From contig PFRS01000008.1 of assembly GCA_002788675.1 (NCBI GenBank), forward strand, positions 70,848 to 134,847: a DNA stretch of 64,000 nt. Direction: 5' to 3'. Below are positions 49,089 to 59,622 of the stretch, piece by piece. The DNA comes from Candidatus Pacebacteria bacterium CG_4_9_14_0_2_um_filter_40_15 (lineage in GTDB: Bacteria > Patescibacteriota > Microgenomatia > UBA1400 > PJMF01). Position 1 is the first letter of the stretch; every line of letters starts with the position of its first letter. A program made the translations under genes and the position numbers. Under the pieces are notes generated by a model that saw only the letters and a program-made list of their open reading frames with translations, did not search any database and was not told where the DNA came from.

Positions 49089-49832
49089 ATGAAATCACCA
49101 AAGTTACTCACTTTCTATAACTCGTATCATCAAAAAAATGATGTGTATAGTAAACCAATTTCAGATGGCAACTTTACCTATTTCTATTTCATTAAATACT
49201 TTGCAAAACATTTTAAAGGTAGGTACACAGTAAACACCACGGTGTTGGATGTCGGGTGTGGGGTAGGGAGTCTCTCATTTTATCTTGCCTCTAAAGGTAT
49301 GCTTGTGCATGGTATTGATATTTCTACCCGTGCTATTGCACTTTGCAAGGAAGTTAGGAAACGTTCTGGTCTAACCCATGCAAGTTTTAGTAGAAAAGTT
49401 CTTGATGAGATACCAGAAAAAAATGATATTGTAATTTGTTCAGAAATAATCGAGCATATTCCTGATGAGGCTGCATTTGCTCAAATGCTTAGTATAAAGT
49501 TAAAGAAAAATGGCTATCTTTTTTTAAGCACTCCTAGCAAAGCAAACATGTTTTATCCAATGGGGATTTTTGCAAAATTTGATACCGAAGTGGGGCATGT
49601 GCGCCGCTATACTGAAGAGTCGCTTAGAAAAGTTCTAGAACAGCACGGTTTTCGCATTGAGGCCTTGTATCGGATTGAAGGAATTCTTAGAAATGTATTG
49701 TATACAACAAAATTAGGTTTTTTGATTAAATATATTCGCGGTCCGCTCGTACCACTTTTCCATTTTATAGATTCGCTTTTTATCCGTATCTTTGGTCCAT
49801 GTAATTATTTTGTTGTGGCACGAAAAAAATGA
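49089..49832 (+). CDS. Class I SAM-dependent methyltransferase
   Basis: VLDVGCGVG, GIDIS, SEIIEHI, STP, GHVRRY. Confidence 0.9.
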   Translation: MKSPKLLTFYNSYHQKNDVYSKPISDGNFTYFYFIKYFAKHFKGRYTVNTTVLDVGCGVGSLSFYLASKGMLVHGIDISTRAIALCKEVRKRSGLTHASFSRKVLDEIPEKNDIVICSEIIEHIPDEAAFAQMLSIKLKKNGYLFLSTPSKANMFYPMGIFAKFDTEVGHVRRYTEESLRKVLEQHGFRIEALYRIEGILRNVLYTTKLGFLIKYIRGPLVPLFHFIDSLFIRIFGPCNYFVVARKK

Positions 49833-50869
49833 AAGTAGTTCACCTTGCTCAGTTATATTGGCCGCATGTTGGAGGCATAGAAAAACATATTGAGTTGCTC
49901 GCATCGGCACTTAAAAAAAAGAACTGTGAAACGGTTGTAGTAACCAAAAAATATGACGTATCTTTGCCATCATTCGAGCGTAAGGGCAGTACCACTATTC
50001 ATCGTTTTGATGTGAGTGAATCATCTCCATTTCAGCATAAACTTTCGGTTTGGAAAGGTATTTGGAACTCTAGAAATGTTCTTTTTCAGGCAGACGTTAT
50101 TCACGTGCATGATGTTTTCTGGTGGTTATTACCTCTCTTACCATTCTTACTACTTAAAAATAAAAAAGTATTTATGACATTTCATGGCTATGAGGGCAGC
50201 GAAGCTCCACAGTGGAAGCAAAAGTTTTGGCACAAGTCTGCTGAAGCATGGAGCAACGGTAACTTGTGTATTGGTGGTTTTCATACCAAGTATTATGGTA
50301 TACAGCCAACCTTGGTATCTTTTGGTGCTGTTGAATCAAAGATAAAACAGAGAGCAAAGTCTGCAACAAAAAGAACTGCTATTTTTATTGGTCGATTACA
50401 ACAAGATACTGGATTTTTAGAGTATGTAGAAGCAATTAAGGTCCTGCGTGATCGAGGTGAAGTTTGGCAGTTGGATGTATACGGAGAGGGTTCACAGCTG
50501 ACACAGGCTCAAGCATTTTGTGAAGAGAACGCACTTACTAAGCAAGTACATTTTCATGGCTTTGTGGCAAATGCAGATAGATTCTTGCCTAAATACTCGG
50601 TAGCGTTTGTTTCACGCTATCTGGCTCTTTTAGAAGCACTTTCAGCTGGTGTTCCTGTCGTAGCCCAGTATACTAATAATATTAAGAAAGATTATTTAGT
50701 GTTGGATTCACCTTTTGCAGAGTGGATTTCAGTTGCACGAACTCCTAAACAGATTGCTGATTGTGTTCAAGAAAAAAGAAAAGGAATGAGTAAGGCACAA
50801 AAATGGGCAGATTCTCAGACTTGGAGCAAAATGGCAGACACGTATCTTACACTCTGGACACAAAGCTAG
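49829..50869 (+). CDS. Glycosyltransferase family 4
   Basis: P.VGGIE, FIGRL, YGEG, LEALSAGVPVV. Confidence 0.88.
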   Translation: MKVVHLAQLYWPHVGGIEKHIELLASALKKKNCETVVVTKKYDVSLPSFERKGSTTIHRFDVSESSPFQHKLSVWKGIWNSRNVLFQADVIHVHDVFWWLLPLLPFLLLKNKKVFMTFHGYEGSEAPQWKQKFWHKSAEAWSNGNLCIGGFHTKYYGIQPTLVSFGAVESKIKQRAKSATKRTAIFIGRLQQDTGFLEYVEAIKVLRDRGEVWQLDVYGEGSQLTQAQAFCEENALTKQVHFHGFVANADRFLPKYSVAFVSRYLALLEALSAGVPVVAQYTNNIKKDYLVLDSPFAEWISVARTPKQIADCVQEKRKGMSKAQKWADSQTWSKMADTYLTLWTQS

Positions 50870-50870
50870 T

Positions 50871-52511
50871 ATGAAAGCATCAAAAAAAACAATAAAATTA
50901 AATCTTGGGTGCGGCATGGATCATCGTAATGGGTATATAAATATTGATGCTGTTTCAGCTGTGAATCCAGATTTAGTACACGATATTTCAAAAACACTGC
51001 CGTACAAAGACGGAACTGTTCAAGAAGTTATTGCTCAGGATATTCTTGAACACTTTATCTTCGATGATTTTATTTTTGTTATAAGTGAAATCGCTCGAGT
51101 GCTTAAAGATGGTGGCACGTTACACGTGCGTACTCCAAATGTTGATGCCATACTGCATCAGTTTGAAGATGACAAAGAAGTGCGCAATATATTTCTCTAT
51201 GGTAGTACGGCACACAGAACTGATACTGGTGTTTTTGGAGCACATAAAATTGGTTTTACACGAACACGGCTCATTGCTGAGTTACTAGTGTATGGCTTAG
51301 AAGTTACTTCTATTGGAACCAATGAAACCAACTTTGAAGCTTCATTTGTAAAATCAACGCCTCTCAAAGCAGAAAGTATTTTATTTTTAAATCAAGCGTT
51401 AAGTATTGGAGGTGCTGAAGTTTTTGATACAGATCTTTTTTCTTCACTAAAGCAACAAGGTGTCCGAGTAGCCGCTTATACAAACAACACTATCTTTGCA
51501 CATATGTTGCATTTTAGTGAAATTTCTACACTTTCAGTTCCTTGGGTCGTAGATTTTATTGGAAATGTAAAAGGTTTAATAAAAGCTCTAGTATATGGAC
51601 CACTGTTATTTTTTTGGTATGGGAAAACGGTGTATGCTCATCGGTCAGTGGATGTGATGGTGGTATCAGGTTTCACTGAGAAGATACTTGCATCCTTTTG
51701 GGCATATGTTTTTGACATACCAATGGTTTGGATTGAGTTTGGGCCACTCACAACAGTACTAAATAAATGTATGCAGTTGCCTAAATTATTGTATAGATTG
51801 GTTGCCGACCTTCCTGAAAGAGTGATTGTGCCATCGCAAAACACCGCCGCCGATTTGTTAAGGAGTGCACGAATTTCATTAGCAAAAATTGAGTACATAC
51901 CTTGTGGAACAAGTCAACAAAGTAGTAAGAAATTTTCTGATGTGGCGCAACCAGTGATAGTCTGTCCCTCTCGACTTGAAAAGGGAAAAGGTCAGGATAT
52001 TTTGCTTGAAGCATTTGCTCAGGTCTTGAAAGATATTCCAAAGGCTCATTTGCAAATTATTGGTGTCGGAGACTTTATTACTGAACTCGAAGCATTAGTA
52101 ACTAAGTTGGGGATACAAAAATCAGTTAGTTTTTTGGGTAGAGTTCGCGACGTTGATGAATACCTGCAAAAGGCACAGCTTGTTGTTTTTCCTTCAGTTT
52201 GGGAGTTAGAAGGATTTGGATTGGTTACCATTGAAGCTATGGCTTTGGCAAAGCCGGTAGTGGCATTTAATAGAGGTCCAACAAATGAGATTGTTGTAGA
52301 TGGCGAGACCGGAGTGTTAGCAGAGCCCGGTGATTCTGGGGCTCTTGCTGAAGCGATAGTAAAGGTAATGCACTCTTCGAAACTTCGTATGAAATTAGGA
52401 ACTGGTGGCTTAAAACGATTTAATGATCTCTACCGTATTGATTTGGTTGCAGAGCAGTACCAGCTAGCTTTTAGGCGTGCTATTGCTTGGCATAGGGCAG
52501 GAAAAAAGTAA
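50871..52511 (+). CDS. Methyltransferase-like + GT4 glycosyltransferase fusion
   Basis: N-terminal LNLGCG..YINID..LEH..RVLKDGG; C-terminal GGAE, SRLEKGKG, EGFGLVTIEAMA. Confidence 0.88.
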   Translation: MKASKKTIKLNLGCGMDHRNGYINIDAVSAVNPDLVHDISKTLPYKDGTVQEVIAQDILEHFIFDDFIFVISEIARVLKDGGTLHVRTPNVDAILHQFEDDKEVRNIFLYGSTAHRTDTGVFGAHKIGFTRTRLIAELLVYGLEVTSIGTNETNFEASFVKSTPLKAESILFLNQALSIGGAEVFDTDLFSSLKQQGVRVAAYTNNTIFAHMLHFSEISTLSVPWVVDFIGNVKGLIKALVYGPLLFFWYGKTVYAHRSVDVMVVSGFTEKILASFWAYVFDIPMVWIEFGPLTTVLNKCMQLPKLLYRLVADLPERVIVPSQNTAADLLRSARISLAKIEYIPCGTSQQSSKKFSDVAQPVIVCPSRLEKGKGQDILLEAFAQVLKDIPKAHLQIIGVGDFITELEALVTKLGIQKSVSFLGRVRDVDEYLQKAQLVVFPSVWELEGFGLVTIEAMALAKPVVAFNRGPTNEIVVDGETGVLAEPGDSGALAEAIVKVMHSSKLRMKLGTGGLKRFNDLYRIDLVAEQYQLAFRRAIAWHRAGKK

Positions 52512-52515
52512 CTGT

Positions 52516-53412
52516 ATGCCAAACGTTTCACTTATTTGCACTGTTTTAAATGAAGAAAATTCTATATTTTCATTACTACAGAGTATGAGTGATCAAACTC
52601 GTATTCCCAATGAAGTGCTTTTTGTTGATGGCGGTTCAACCGACAAGACTGTTTCAAAACTAAAGAAAGCAAAAAAACAGTTTCCACAGTTGAATATAAA
52701 AATAATTGTTCAAAAATCTAATCGCAGTGAAGGTAGAAATATCGCAATCAAAAACGCCAAGTATGAAAGTATCGCAATTACCGATGCGGGTTGCACACTT
52801 GATCCTCAGTGGCTGTATGAGCTGGTTAAAAAACAATTGCAAACAGGAGCAGATGTAATAGCTGGATATTATCGTGCTGAACCGAAGACCCCATTTGAAG
52901 AAGCTGTAATCCCGTACACACTGGTAATGCCAGACAGAGTAGACCCTCTTAATTTTCTACCAGCAACACGCTCAATGCTTATTTCAAAAAAGGCATTTAA
53001 AAAAGCTGGAGGTTTTAATTCGAATTTAAATGTAAGTGAAGATTACGAGTTTGCTCATCGATTAAAAGCTGGTGCGTTTTCAATAGTGTTTGCTCATGAA
53101 GCCACGGTTGTTTGGTATCCAAGGAAAACCGTGAGCTCATTTTTTACTATGGTTGCCAGTATGGCAGCTGGAGACGCAAAAGCCAATGTGATTCGTCCAA
53201 AAGTGTATTTAGTGTTCATGCGATATTTTGTTTTCACCTCGTTATACTTTGTGAATTTTTCTTTGTTGATAGTTCTGCTTTTGATCTATACTTTTTGGGC
53301 GATCTATAAAAACCACACTTATGTGTCTGTCCGCGCGTTACCATGGTTAGGTGTACTTCAGTACGTAGCAGATGTTGGTGTAGTTCTGGGTACCTTAGGA
53401 ATTATCAAATAG
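52516..53412 (+). CDS. Glycosyltransferase family 2
   Basis: LNEE, VDGGSTDKT, GRNIAI, TDAG, SEDYEF; C-terminal TM segments. Confidence 0.9.
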   Translation: MPNVSLICTVLNEENSIFSLLQSMSDQTRIPNEVLFVDGGSTDKTVSKLKKAKKQFPQLNIKIIVQKSNRSEGRNIAIKNAKYESIAITDAGCTLDPQWLYELVKKQLQTGADVIAGYYRAEPKTPFEEAVIPYTLVMPDRVDPLNFLPATRSMLISKKAFKKAGGFNSNLNVSEDYEFAHRLKAGAFSIVFAHEATVVWYPRKTVSSFFTMVASMAAGDAKANVIRPKVYLVFMRYFVFTSLYFVNFSLLIVLLLIYTFWAIYKNHTYVSVRALPWLGVLQYVADVGVVLGTLGIIK

Positions 53413-53419
53413 TGGTTGT

Positions 53420-53722
53420 ATGCAAAAGACGTTTACTTTTTCTGAGCAAATTTTCATATATCCTGGAAAAGCTGCCTGGCATTTTGTGACTGTACCAACA
53501 AAAATAGCTTCGGAAATTGATTATTATTTTGAACACGCAAAACGCGGTTGGGGGTCTTTAAGGGTTTCTGTATTAGTTGGTAGAACTACCTGGGAGACGT
53601 CAATCTTTCCTAATAAAAAAACGAAAACATATCTATTGCCGCTTAAAGCAGCAGTGCGTACTACAGAAAATCTTGTAGCAGGTGAGAACTGTACTATTGC
53701 ACTCACTCTTGCAGACAATTAA
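53420..53722 (+). CDS. DUF1905 family protein
   Basis: WHFVTVP, RGWGSLRV, WETSIFP, YLLPLKAAVR. Confidence 0.85.
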   Translation: MQKTFTFSEQIFIYPGKAAWHFVTVPTKIASEIDYYFEHAKRGWGSLRVSVLVGRTTWETSIFPNKKTKTYLLPLKAAVRTTENLVAGENCTIALTLADN

Positions 53723-53725
53723 TAC

Positions 53726-54475
53726 TTATTCTTTTGGTGGAAATGGGAAGAAGACGCTGGTTTTCTTTTTGTATACCTCAAAGTCAGCTCTTCCTGAATA
53801 TTTTTTTTCCAGAAGTGGCACTCCAGAAACAAAAAGAATAAAAAAGGTAATCGTTAGCGGACCAATGATTGTTTGCCAACCCATTGGCATTGAGAGTGCC
53901 AGAATATATATTCCCCACCACATGGTGACCTCACCAAAATAATTAGGGTGTCGTGAGTATGCCCAAAGTCCTGACTTCATAATTTTTCCTTTGTTTTTTG
54001 GATTTGATATAAACTTTTTTAGTTGTGCATCGCCTACAACTTCAAAATAAAAGCCAATGAGCCAAATAGTCAGACCGGCAACATCACGTGCTGAAAATGA
54101 AACGCTTGGATTAAGTGTCACAAACCATACAGGATAGGAAACAACAGCTATCAAAAAAGTTTGCAGGACATAGACTTGAAGGAAGGATCGTGGAATAACC
54201 CACTTGCCCCAGTCTCTTCGCCATGCTGCATATCGCCTATCTTCTGGGCCATTTTTAATGCGAGTAAAAATATGCCAGCTGAGTCGTGCACCCCAAATAG
54301 TTACGAGTACTACTATGAGAAGAGCTCGAAGAGAGGTGTTTTGTCCAAGCAGTAGGCTTGAGACAGCAACGAGAATAAAGCCAATTCCCCATGCAAGGTC
54401 AGCAACATCATTTCTTTTGTAGATTACAGAAATAAAAAACCAAACTAAGATATGTAAAATCAGAATGGCAATCAT
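53726..54475 (-). CDS. DUF1295 (steroid 5-alpha-reductase-like) membrane protein
   Basis: DLAWG, WGARL, EDRRY, GDAQL, GLWAYSRHPNYFGE. Confidence 0.9.
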   Translation of the reverse strand: MIAILILHILVWFFISVIYKRNDVADLAWGIGFILVAVSSLLLGQNTSLRALLIVVLVTIWGARLSWHIFTRIKNGPEDRRYAAWRRDWGKWVIPRSFLQVYVLQTFLIAVVSYPVWFVTLNPSVSFSARDVAGLTIWLIGFYFEVVGDAQLKKFISNPKNKGKIMKSGLWAYSRHPNYFGEVTMWWGIYILALSMPMGWQTIIGPLTITFFILFVSGVPLLEKKYSGRADFEVYKKKTSVFFPFPPKE

Positions 54476-54485
54476 TTTTAGTCTC

Positions 54486-54953
54486 CTATGTTTGTTTTGA
54501 CATGAACTCTAAAACTTCTTGGTCATGATTTTTAGGACTTACTTTCTCCCAAGTTTTTATGATGGTCCCTTTAGGATCAATGATAAAGGTAGATCGAATA
54601 ATTCCCATATAGATTTTGCCAAACATTTTTTTCTCACCCCATGCACCAAAGGCAGAAAGTAGTTTGTGGTCGGGATCTGACCATAAAGGAAAGGTGAGAT
54701 TATGCTGTTCTTTGAACTTTTTATGAGATTCAGGTGAGTCTTTACTCACGCCAATTACCATCACACCTAATTTTTTTAGTTCTGAGTTTGCATCACGGAA
54801 ATTACAGGCTTCTTGTGTACAGCCTGGGGTATTATCTTTTGGATAGAAATAGAGTACAACGTACTTTCCCAAAAGAGATTTGAGATTAGTTTGTTGACCA
54901 TTTTCATCAGTTACTGAAACTGTGAGTGGGGCGGGAGAACCGGAAGTTAACAT
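54486..54953 (-). CDS. bcp: Peroxiredoxin BCP/PrxQ
   Basis: YFYPKDNTPGCTQEAC, GVSKD, RSTFIID. Confidence 0.93.
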   Translation of the reverse strand: MLTSGSPAPLTVSVTDENGQQTNLKSLLGKYVVLYFYPKDNTPGCTQEACNFRDANSELKKLGVMVIGVSKDSPESHKKFKEQHNLTFPLWSDPDHKLLSAFGAWGEKKMFGKIYMGIIRSTFIIDPKGTIIKTWEKVSPKNHDQEVLEFMSKQT

Positions 54954-55047
54954 ACTCTAATTGTATACTATTGGTAGCGGTAATTGTATTTAGGTTGTAA
55001 CAATGGAATAATCTAGTGAAATCGTACTCTATTTGAATAAAGGATAG

Positions 55048-55635
55048 ATGAATTATTTTATTTCAGCGCTAAAAAAATATGCAGTATTTTCAGGAAGAGC
55101 TTCACGTGCTGAATATTGGTATTACACATTGTTCCTTATCATTATAAGTTTTTTCATGGGTATGTTAGATGCCATTATGAATGCTATTGGCGGGGTGCCT
55201 TTTCTAAGTTTAATCTTTGGATTGGGAACCTTTATTCCAAGTATTGCAGTTTCTATTAGAAGACTGCACGATGTTGATAAAAGTGGTTGGAATAATTTGT
55301 TACCATTTATTCCATTATTTGGCTCGTTGATTTTGTTCTACTTTTTCATTAAAAAAGGTGATGAACATGAAAATAAGTATGGGCCGATTCCAACATATTC
55401 TGATGATGACTCAGAGTATGAGGTTGGTGTAGCTCGGACTTCAGCATCACAAGTAGTTTCAACACCTCAAGCAGTGCCACAACCAGTTATACCTGCCGTT
55501 CAGACAGGGTTTCCTGAACCAATGGCTCAGCCTGTAGGAATGCCAGTTCCTCAACAAACACCACCATCTCCTTCTCAACCAGTGGAATCCATTACGGTAC
55601 CAGAAACAACACTACAAACAGAAACGATCCAATGA
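55048..55635 (+). CDS. DUF805 membrane protein with Pro/Gln-rich tail
   Basis: FSGRASRAEYW, RRLHDVDKSGW, NKYGP. Confidence 0.9.
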   Translation: MNYFISALKKYAVFSGRASRAEYWYYTLFLIIISFFMGMLDAIMNAIGGVPFLSLIFGLGTFIPSIAVSIRRLHDVDKSGWNNLLPFIPLFGSLILFYFFIKKGDEHENKYGPIPTYSDDDSEYEVGVARTSASQVVSTPQAVPQPVIPAVQTGFPEPMAQPVGMPVPQQTPPSPSQPVESITVPETTLQTETIQ

Positions 55636-57332
55636 AACAAGGACAGATTCTTTTTAAATATGTAACCCTACTATTGCTGAGTGCCATCTTGATCGTTGCA
55701 ATTGGATTTAGATTTTGGAAGTTAGATCTCTTCCCCTACGGCCTAAACTGGGATGAAGCAGCCTATGGGTATAATGCCTACAGTTTGTTGCAGACGGGTA
55801 AAGATGAATGGGGATTTCAGTATCCACTTTTCTTGAAATCATTTGGAGATTATAAACCTGCCTTACTTAGTTATTTACAAATTCCTTTCATTCAGTTTTT
55901 TGGTTTGGGAATAGTCGCACTTCGGTTGCCAGTGGCTATTTTGAGTGTTTTGAGCATTGGGGGATGGATGAGTATCCAAAGGAAACTAGAACTATTTGAA
56001 TCTAAGAAGTTCGGAAAACTCTTCCAATTGTTTGGAGTGATAGTATTTGCAACTGCTCCTTGGTTAATACACTACAGTAGGGCAGCAATGGATCCAATTG
56101 TTTCTTTTGGTTTTCTGCTTGTTGGATTTGCTCTCTTTATACAAAAGAATCAAGCACCTCGATGGTTTGGTGTTATTTCTTTAGTTCTTTCAATGTATAC
56201 GTATAATTCAGCTCGAATTTTTGTGCCTATGCTGGTCATTATTTACTTTTGTATACTTGAATGGCAAGGTTTTAAAAAAATTCAGAAAGATATTCAGAGA
56301 GTTTTGCAACTCATTGTTATACTTGTGGGCTTTGGATTAGTGGTTACAACTTCATTTTCTTCGACGGCAGGGGCTCGTGCACAGGCAGTATTTATTTTGA
56401 ATAATCCGATTATTAAAGATCAAACAAATGAATCGCTGTATAGGCATGTAGTTTTGGGATTAAATGGGGAGCGAGTATTTTCAAATAAAGCGATTACGAG
56501 CATATATATTCTATCAAAAAATTATTTGTCGCATTTTGATCCAATGTTTATATTTTTTGATAATACCCTCAGCGCTAGGCATGGTTTTAATCGTCATGGA
56601 AATTTGTTGTTAATTACTTTACCTTTTTTACTTTTTGGTTTGTTTAGTGTGGGCAAGAGGTCAAAACAAGATACGTTTTTCTTATTTTGGTTGTTACTGG
56701 CACCAGTTGCATCAGCATTAACAGATGATGTGCCTCATTCTGGAAGAACACTCATTATGTTACCAGCGTTTATATACTTCATAACTAGAGGAGTAGAAAA
56801 AATAATTCATGTTTTAGCAGACACAAAGTGGACTAAATTAGTTCCATCATATTTGTTTGTTTTTTTAATTGCGGTAGCTGTAGCATTTAATACATCACTT
56901 TATTTTGTGGATATGTTTAGATATTTTCCTGAAGAGTCGTATTTGCCATGGCAGGGTGATGCCCGGACTATTGTGGAATATTTAGATACTGCTCAAGTAG
57001 CATCATATGATTCTGTGTATGTTTCTGATCTCATTTTAGAAAATTACTTGTTCTATGCTCTCTACACTCAGCAGGATCCGCTCCATATACAACAGCTGCA
57101 TGTAGATGAAAAAATTGATACATTTGGAAATGTGCAGCTTACTGAAGTACAACAATGTGTGCTAAAAGACGGAGCAGTACTGGCAATTACTGAGGTTGAT
57201 TATTCTGGTTTATACACCGATATACTCTATCCATTTGATCGATTTAATCAAGAAAAACACCTCGCGTACGTCTATGACACAACCAAGATGACTAAAGAAG
57301 CTCGTCTTTTCTTGACTGCTAGCTGTAACTAA
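55632..57332 (+). CDS. ArnT/PMT-like GT-C glycosyltransferase
   Basis: RF..L...P.GLNWDEAAYGYNAYSLLQTGKDEWG, DYKP, many TM segments. Confidence 0.88.
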   Translation: MKQGQILFKYVTLLLLSAILIVAIGFRFWKLDLFPYGLNWDEAAYGYNAYSLLQTGKDEWGFQYPLFLKSFGDYKPALLSYLQIPFIQFFGLGIVALRLPVAILSVLSIGGWMSIQRKLELFESKKFGKLFQLFGVIVFATAPWLIHYSRAAMDPIVSFGFLLVGFALFIQKNQAPRWFGVISLVLSMYTYNSARIFVPMLVIIYFCILEWQGFKKIQKDIQRVLQLIVILVGFGLVVTTSFSSTAGARAQAVFILNNPIIKDQTNESLYRHVVLGLNGERVFSNKAITSIYILSKNYLSHFDPMFIFFDNTLSARHGFNRHGNLLLITLPFLLFGLFSVGKRSKQDTFFLFWLLLAPVASALTDDVPHSGRTLIMLPAFIYFITRGVEKIIHVLADTKWTKLVPSYLFVFLIAVAVAFNTSLYFVDMFRYFPEESYLPWQGDARTIVEYLDTAQVASYDSVYVSDLILENYLFYALYTQQDPLHIQQLHVDEKIDTFGNVQLTEVQQCVLKDGAVLAITEVDYSGLYTDILYPFDRFNQEKHLAYVYDTTKMTKEARLFLTASCN

Positions 57333-57826
57333 ATTTTCGAAAGAATAAGTTGTGTTCGTTCTAATACATATCTAACAGGCACAAAATTTTCATTAGTGTT
57401 TTTAACTTCACAAGTAAAACTGAGTTTCTTTCTGTCGTCTGATTCATATTCTCCCCCGTATGATCGATATTTCATGCTGTTGTAATGCATGCCATTTGAA
57501 ATTTTCATCTTGTACAGGTTAAAGACTTCTCGGAGGCCTGAGACATGAATAGTCTCGTGGGTCATAGTTATTTCTGAACCTTCTTGGGTGGATGATCGAC
57601 GTAAGTGCATAACACAGGAGAGTCCACCCCCTGATCGCATAATCGATACTTTTAGTTCACGTTTATCAGAGCTTTCAACAATATCAGTTAAGTCATAACT
57701 ATGTGAAACATAGAGGCCATCACGTCTATACTCAACACGCATAACACATTTTGAGACGACAGGATTTGAATAACTATTCCAGATAAATCCTGCTAGAGCT
57801 AGAGCGCACATTGAGTGAGGTTGCAT
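57329..57826 (-). CDS. Hypothetical protein
   Basis: 165-aa ORF with upstream TACAAT. Confidence 0.45.
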   Translation of the reverse strand: MQPHSMCALALAGFIWNSYSNPVVSKCVMRVEYRRDGLYVSHSYDLTDIVESSDKRELKVSIMRSGGGLSCVMHLRRSSTQEGSEITMTHETIHVSGLREVFNLYKMKISNGMHYNSMKYRSYGGEYESDDRKKLSFTCEVKNTNENFVPVRYVLERTQLILSKI

Positions 57827-57851
57827 GGTGAGTGTATTGTACTACACTTAG

Positions 57852-58082
57852 TTATGCACCAATGAATTTGAGCAGTTCGTAGACGAGAAAACCGGGCCAG
57901 AGAAGAGCTTGTATAATCACTATGACTTTATTCATGAAACCTGGGTCAGAAGTTTGCCAAAAATAAATGAGTGAGCCAAACATCCCAATTGCGTACAGCG
58001 GATTACTGGAATCGCCTTTGCCATGATGGCAACACGTGTCTTTATCCATTTTTTTACAGAGGCTGAATAATTTTTTTAGCAT
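57852..58082 (-). CDS. Small membrane protein
   Basis: LYAIGMFGSLIYF...ALLWPGFLVYE, two TM segments; -10 box upstream. Confidence 0.7.
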   Translation of the reverse strand: MLKKLFSLCKKMDKDTCCHHGKGDSSNPLYAIGMFGSLIYFWQTSDPGFMNKVIVIIQALLWPGFLVYELLKFIGA

Positions 58083-58139
58083 AAGTATAGTGTATGAGAA
58101 GGAGTGAGAAAAGTAAATACTTGTGGGGTTATACGATAA

Positions 58140-58370
58140 CTAATTTATCTTAGTTCTGAAGTCATTTGGGTCGTAGATACAGTTCCACTGCATTGCAGGA
58201 AAAATTACTTCTCCACCAGTATATTTGCAGTATCGATCTCGGGTTGAAGGAGATGTTTTTAAAAAGTTGTTTGTTAGGAGGCCAATGGCTGCAGTAACAA
58301 AAATAATGCTGGAAATGACGAGAATAATTTTCTTTATATTAATTTTTTGTGTCATGATATTAGTATTCAT
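58140..58370 (-). CDS. Small single-TM hypothetical protein
   Basis: TM followed by a Cys pair (YC..TGG..C). Confidence 0.55.
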   Translation of the reverse strand: MNTNIMTQKINIKKIILVISSIIFVTAAIGLLTNNFLKTSPSTRDRYCKYTGGEVIFPAMQWNCIYDPNDFRTKIN

Positions 58371-58383
58371 GCTTCAACAAAGA

Positions 58384-58722
58384 TTATTTTGATGTTTTCA
58401 TTTTTTCTAGAAATTTTTTTAGAAGTTGCTCATATGTTGCTTCATATTCATCCATAACGTTTATTCCATCAGAAGAGAATAATGTATTTATTTCTTCAAC
58501 TGCCTTGTCGTACTCATCAATTGATGCACATGTTTTTAATGACTCAACGAGTTGCATTCCCTTGTCTTTATCTTCCTGAGAAAGCGCAGAAAAGTTTTTG
58601 CCTGTCCTTTTAGTTGCGGTCATAAATGCTGAACTTTGAAAAAAGCTCAACATCATTTCGACATGTATTGATTTGATGCCTTTTGATTGAGTAATTTGCT
58701 GTATTTCTTCTTGTAGTGTCAT
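58384..58722 (-). CDS. Hypothetical protein
   Basis: 112 aa; SD GAGG upstream. Confidence 0.65.
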   Translation of the reverse strand: MTLQEEIQQITQSKGIKSIHVEMMLSFFQSSAFMTATKRTGKNFSALSQEDKDKGMQLVESLKTCASIDEYDKAVEEINTLFSSDGINVMDEYEATYEQLLKKFLEKMKTSK

Positions 58723-58734
58723 ATTTACCTCGAA

Positions 58735-59364
58735 TTAGTTAATCAAGTTCTCAAGTAGCTGCATTAAATGATGCAGAGTTGCTTCAGCACCTTGAAATGC
58801 AGTAACTACAGTATAGGTAAGTTTTTGCATAGAGTTTATTGCCTGTCCACCCGTTGCAACTGGATTGTCAAAAAATTTCTGTATCTGAGTAAATGCAGCG
58901 AATCCCCCTATTGAAAAGATTACTCCCCAAGCCAGAGTTCTTTTACCGCTAGCTGTTTCTCTGGATTGTGTAATATGTTTTGCATTGGTAAGTCCAATGA
59001 CACTAGAAAATAATAAAAAGAGTATGATACCAAGTCCAACAAATACGATTGGGTCTGCATCAGCCATGCGTTGTAGATCATTGATAATATCAGCTGAGCC
59101 GGTGGCTACTTTTTGAATATCTGTTCCATTGGCAAGTGCTCCGAGTAGCCCAATACCTATGCTTGCCATTTTTTGGTGTTCCTCTGGTAAGGTGTGTAGT
59201 CCAGTCTGAAACATTTCCATTGTTTCAGGAGAAAATTCTCCAGTTTCTGGTGGGAGCAGAGTTGCGAGTTCTTCAAAAGAGGAATGAGATTCTTGATCTA
59301 GGGCTGGTGAGTGTGCTTCAATCATAAGTAGTCTCATTCTAGTATATTCTCCCAAATAATACAT
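58735..59364 (-). CDS. Hypothetical membrane protein
   Basis: 2-3 hydrophobic segments; start uncertain. Confidence 0.6.
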   Translation of the reverse strand: MYYLGEYTRMRLLMIEAHSPALDQESHSSFEELATLLPPETGEFSPETMEMFQTGLHTLPEEHQKMASIGIGLLGALANGTDIQKVATGSADIINDLQRMADADPIVFVGLGIILFLLFSSVIGLTNAKHITQSRETASGKRTLAWGVIFSIGGFAAFTQIQKFFDNPVATGGQAINSMQKLTYTVVTAFQGAEATLHHLMQLLENLIN

Positions 59365-59423
59365 GATAAACTTGTTTTTTTGTTATGCAAATTGCCGCAG
59401 TATGTTTATACTAGGAGGAGTAT

Positions 59424-59612
59424 ATGCAAGAATCTGAAGTCGTAAAAATCAAAGAGCCTGAAACAACTTTCTGCTTGGATGTACCTCAATTTATTTCTGA
59501 GCTGCCAAAGATAGATCCACAAGATGCTTGCAATTTAGCAAGAGAACTTGCGTTGCCATTGGTAACTGGTACAGATGAAGAAACTGATACTCATATTGGT
59601 CTTCTTTTTTGA
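59424..59612 (+). CDS. Small hypothetical protein
   Basis: TATACT plus AGGAGG SD before ATG. Confidence 0.55.
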   Translation: MQESEVVKIKEPETTFCLDVPQFISELPKIDPQDACNLARELALPLVTGTDEETDTHIGLLF

Positions 59613-59622
59613 TGGTCATAAG

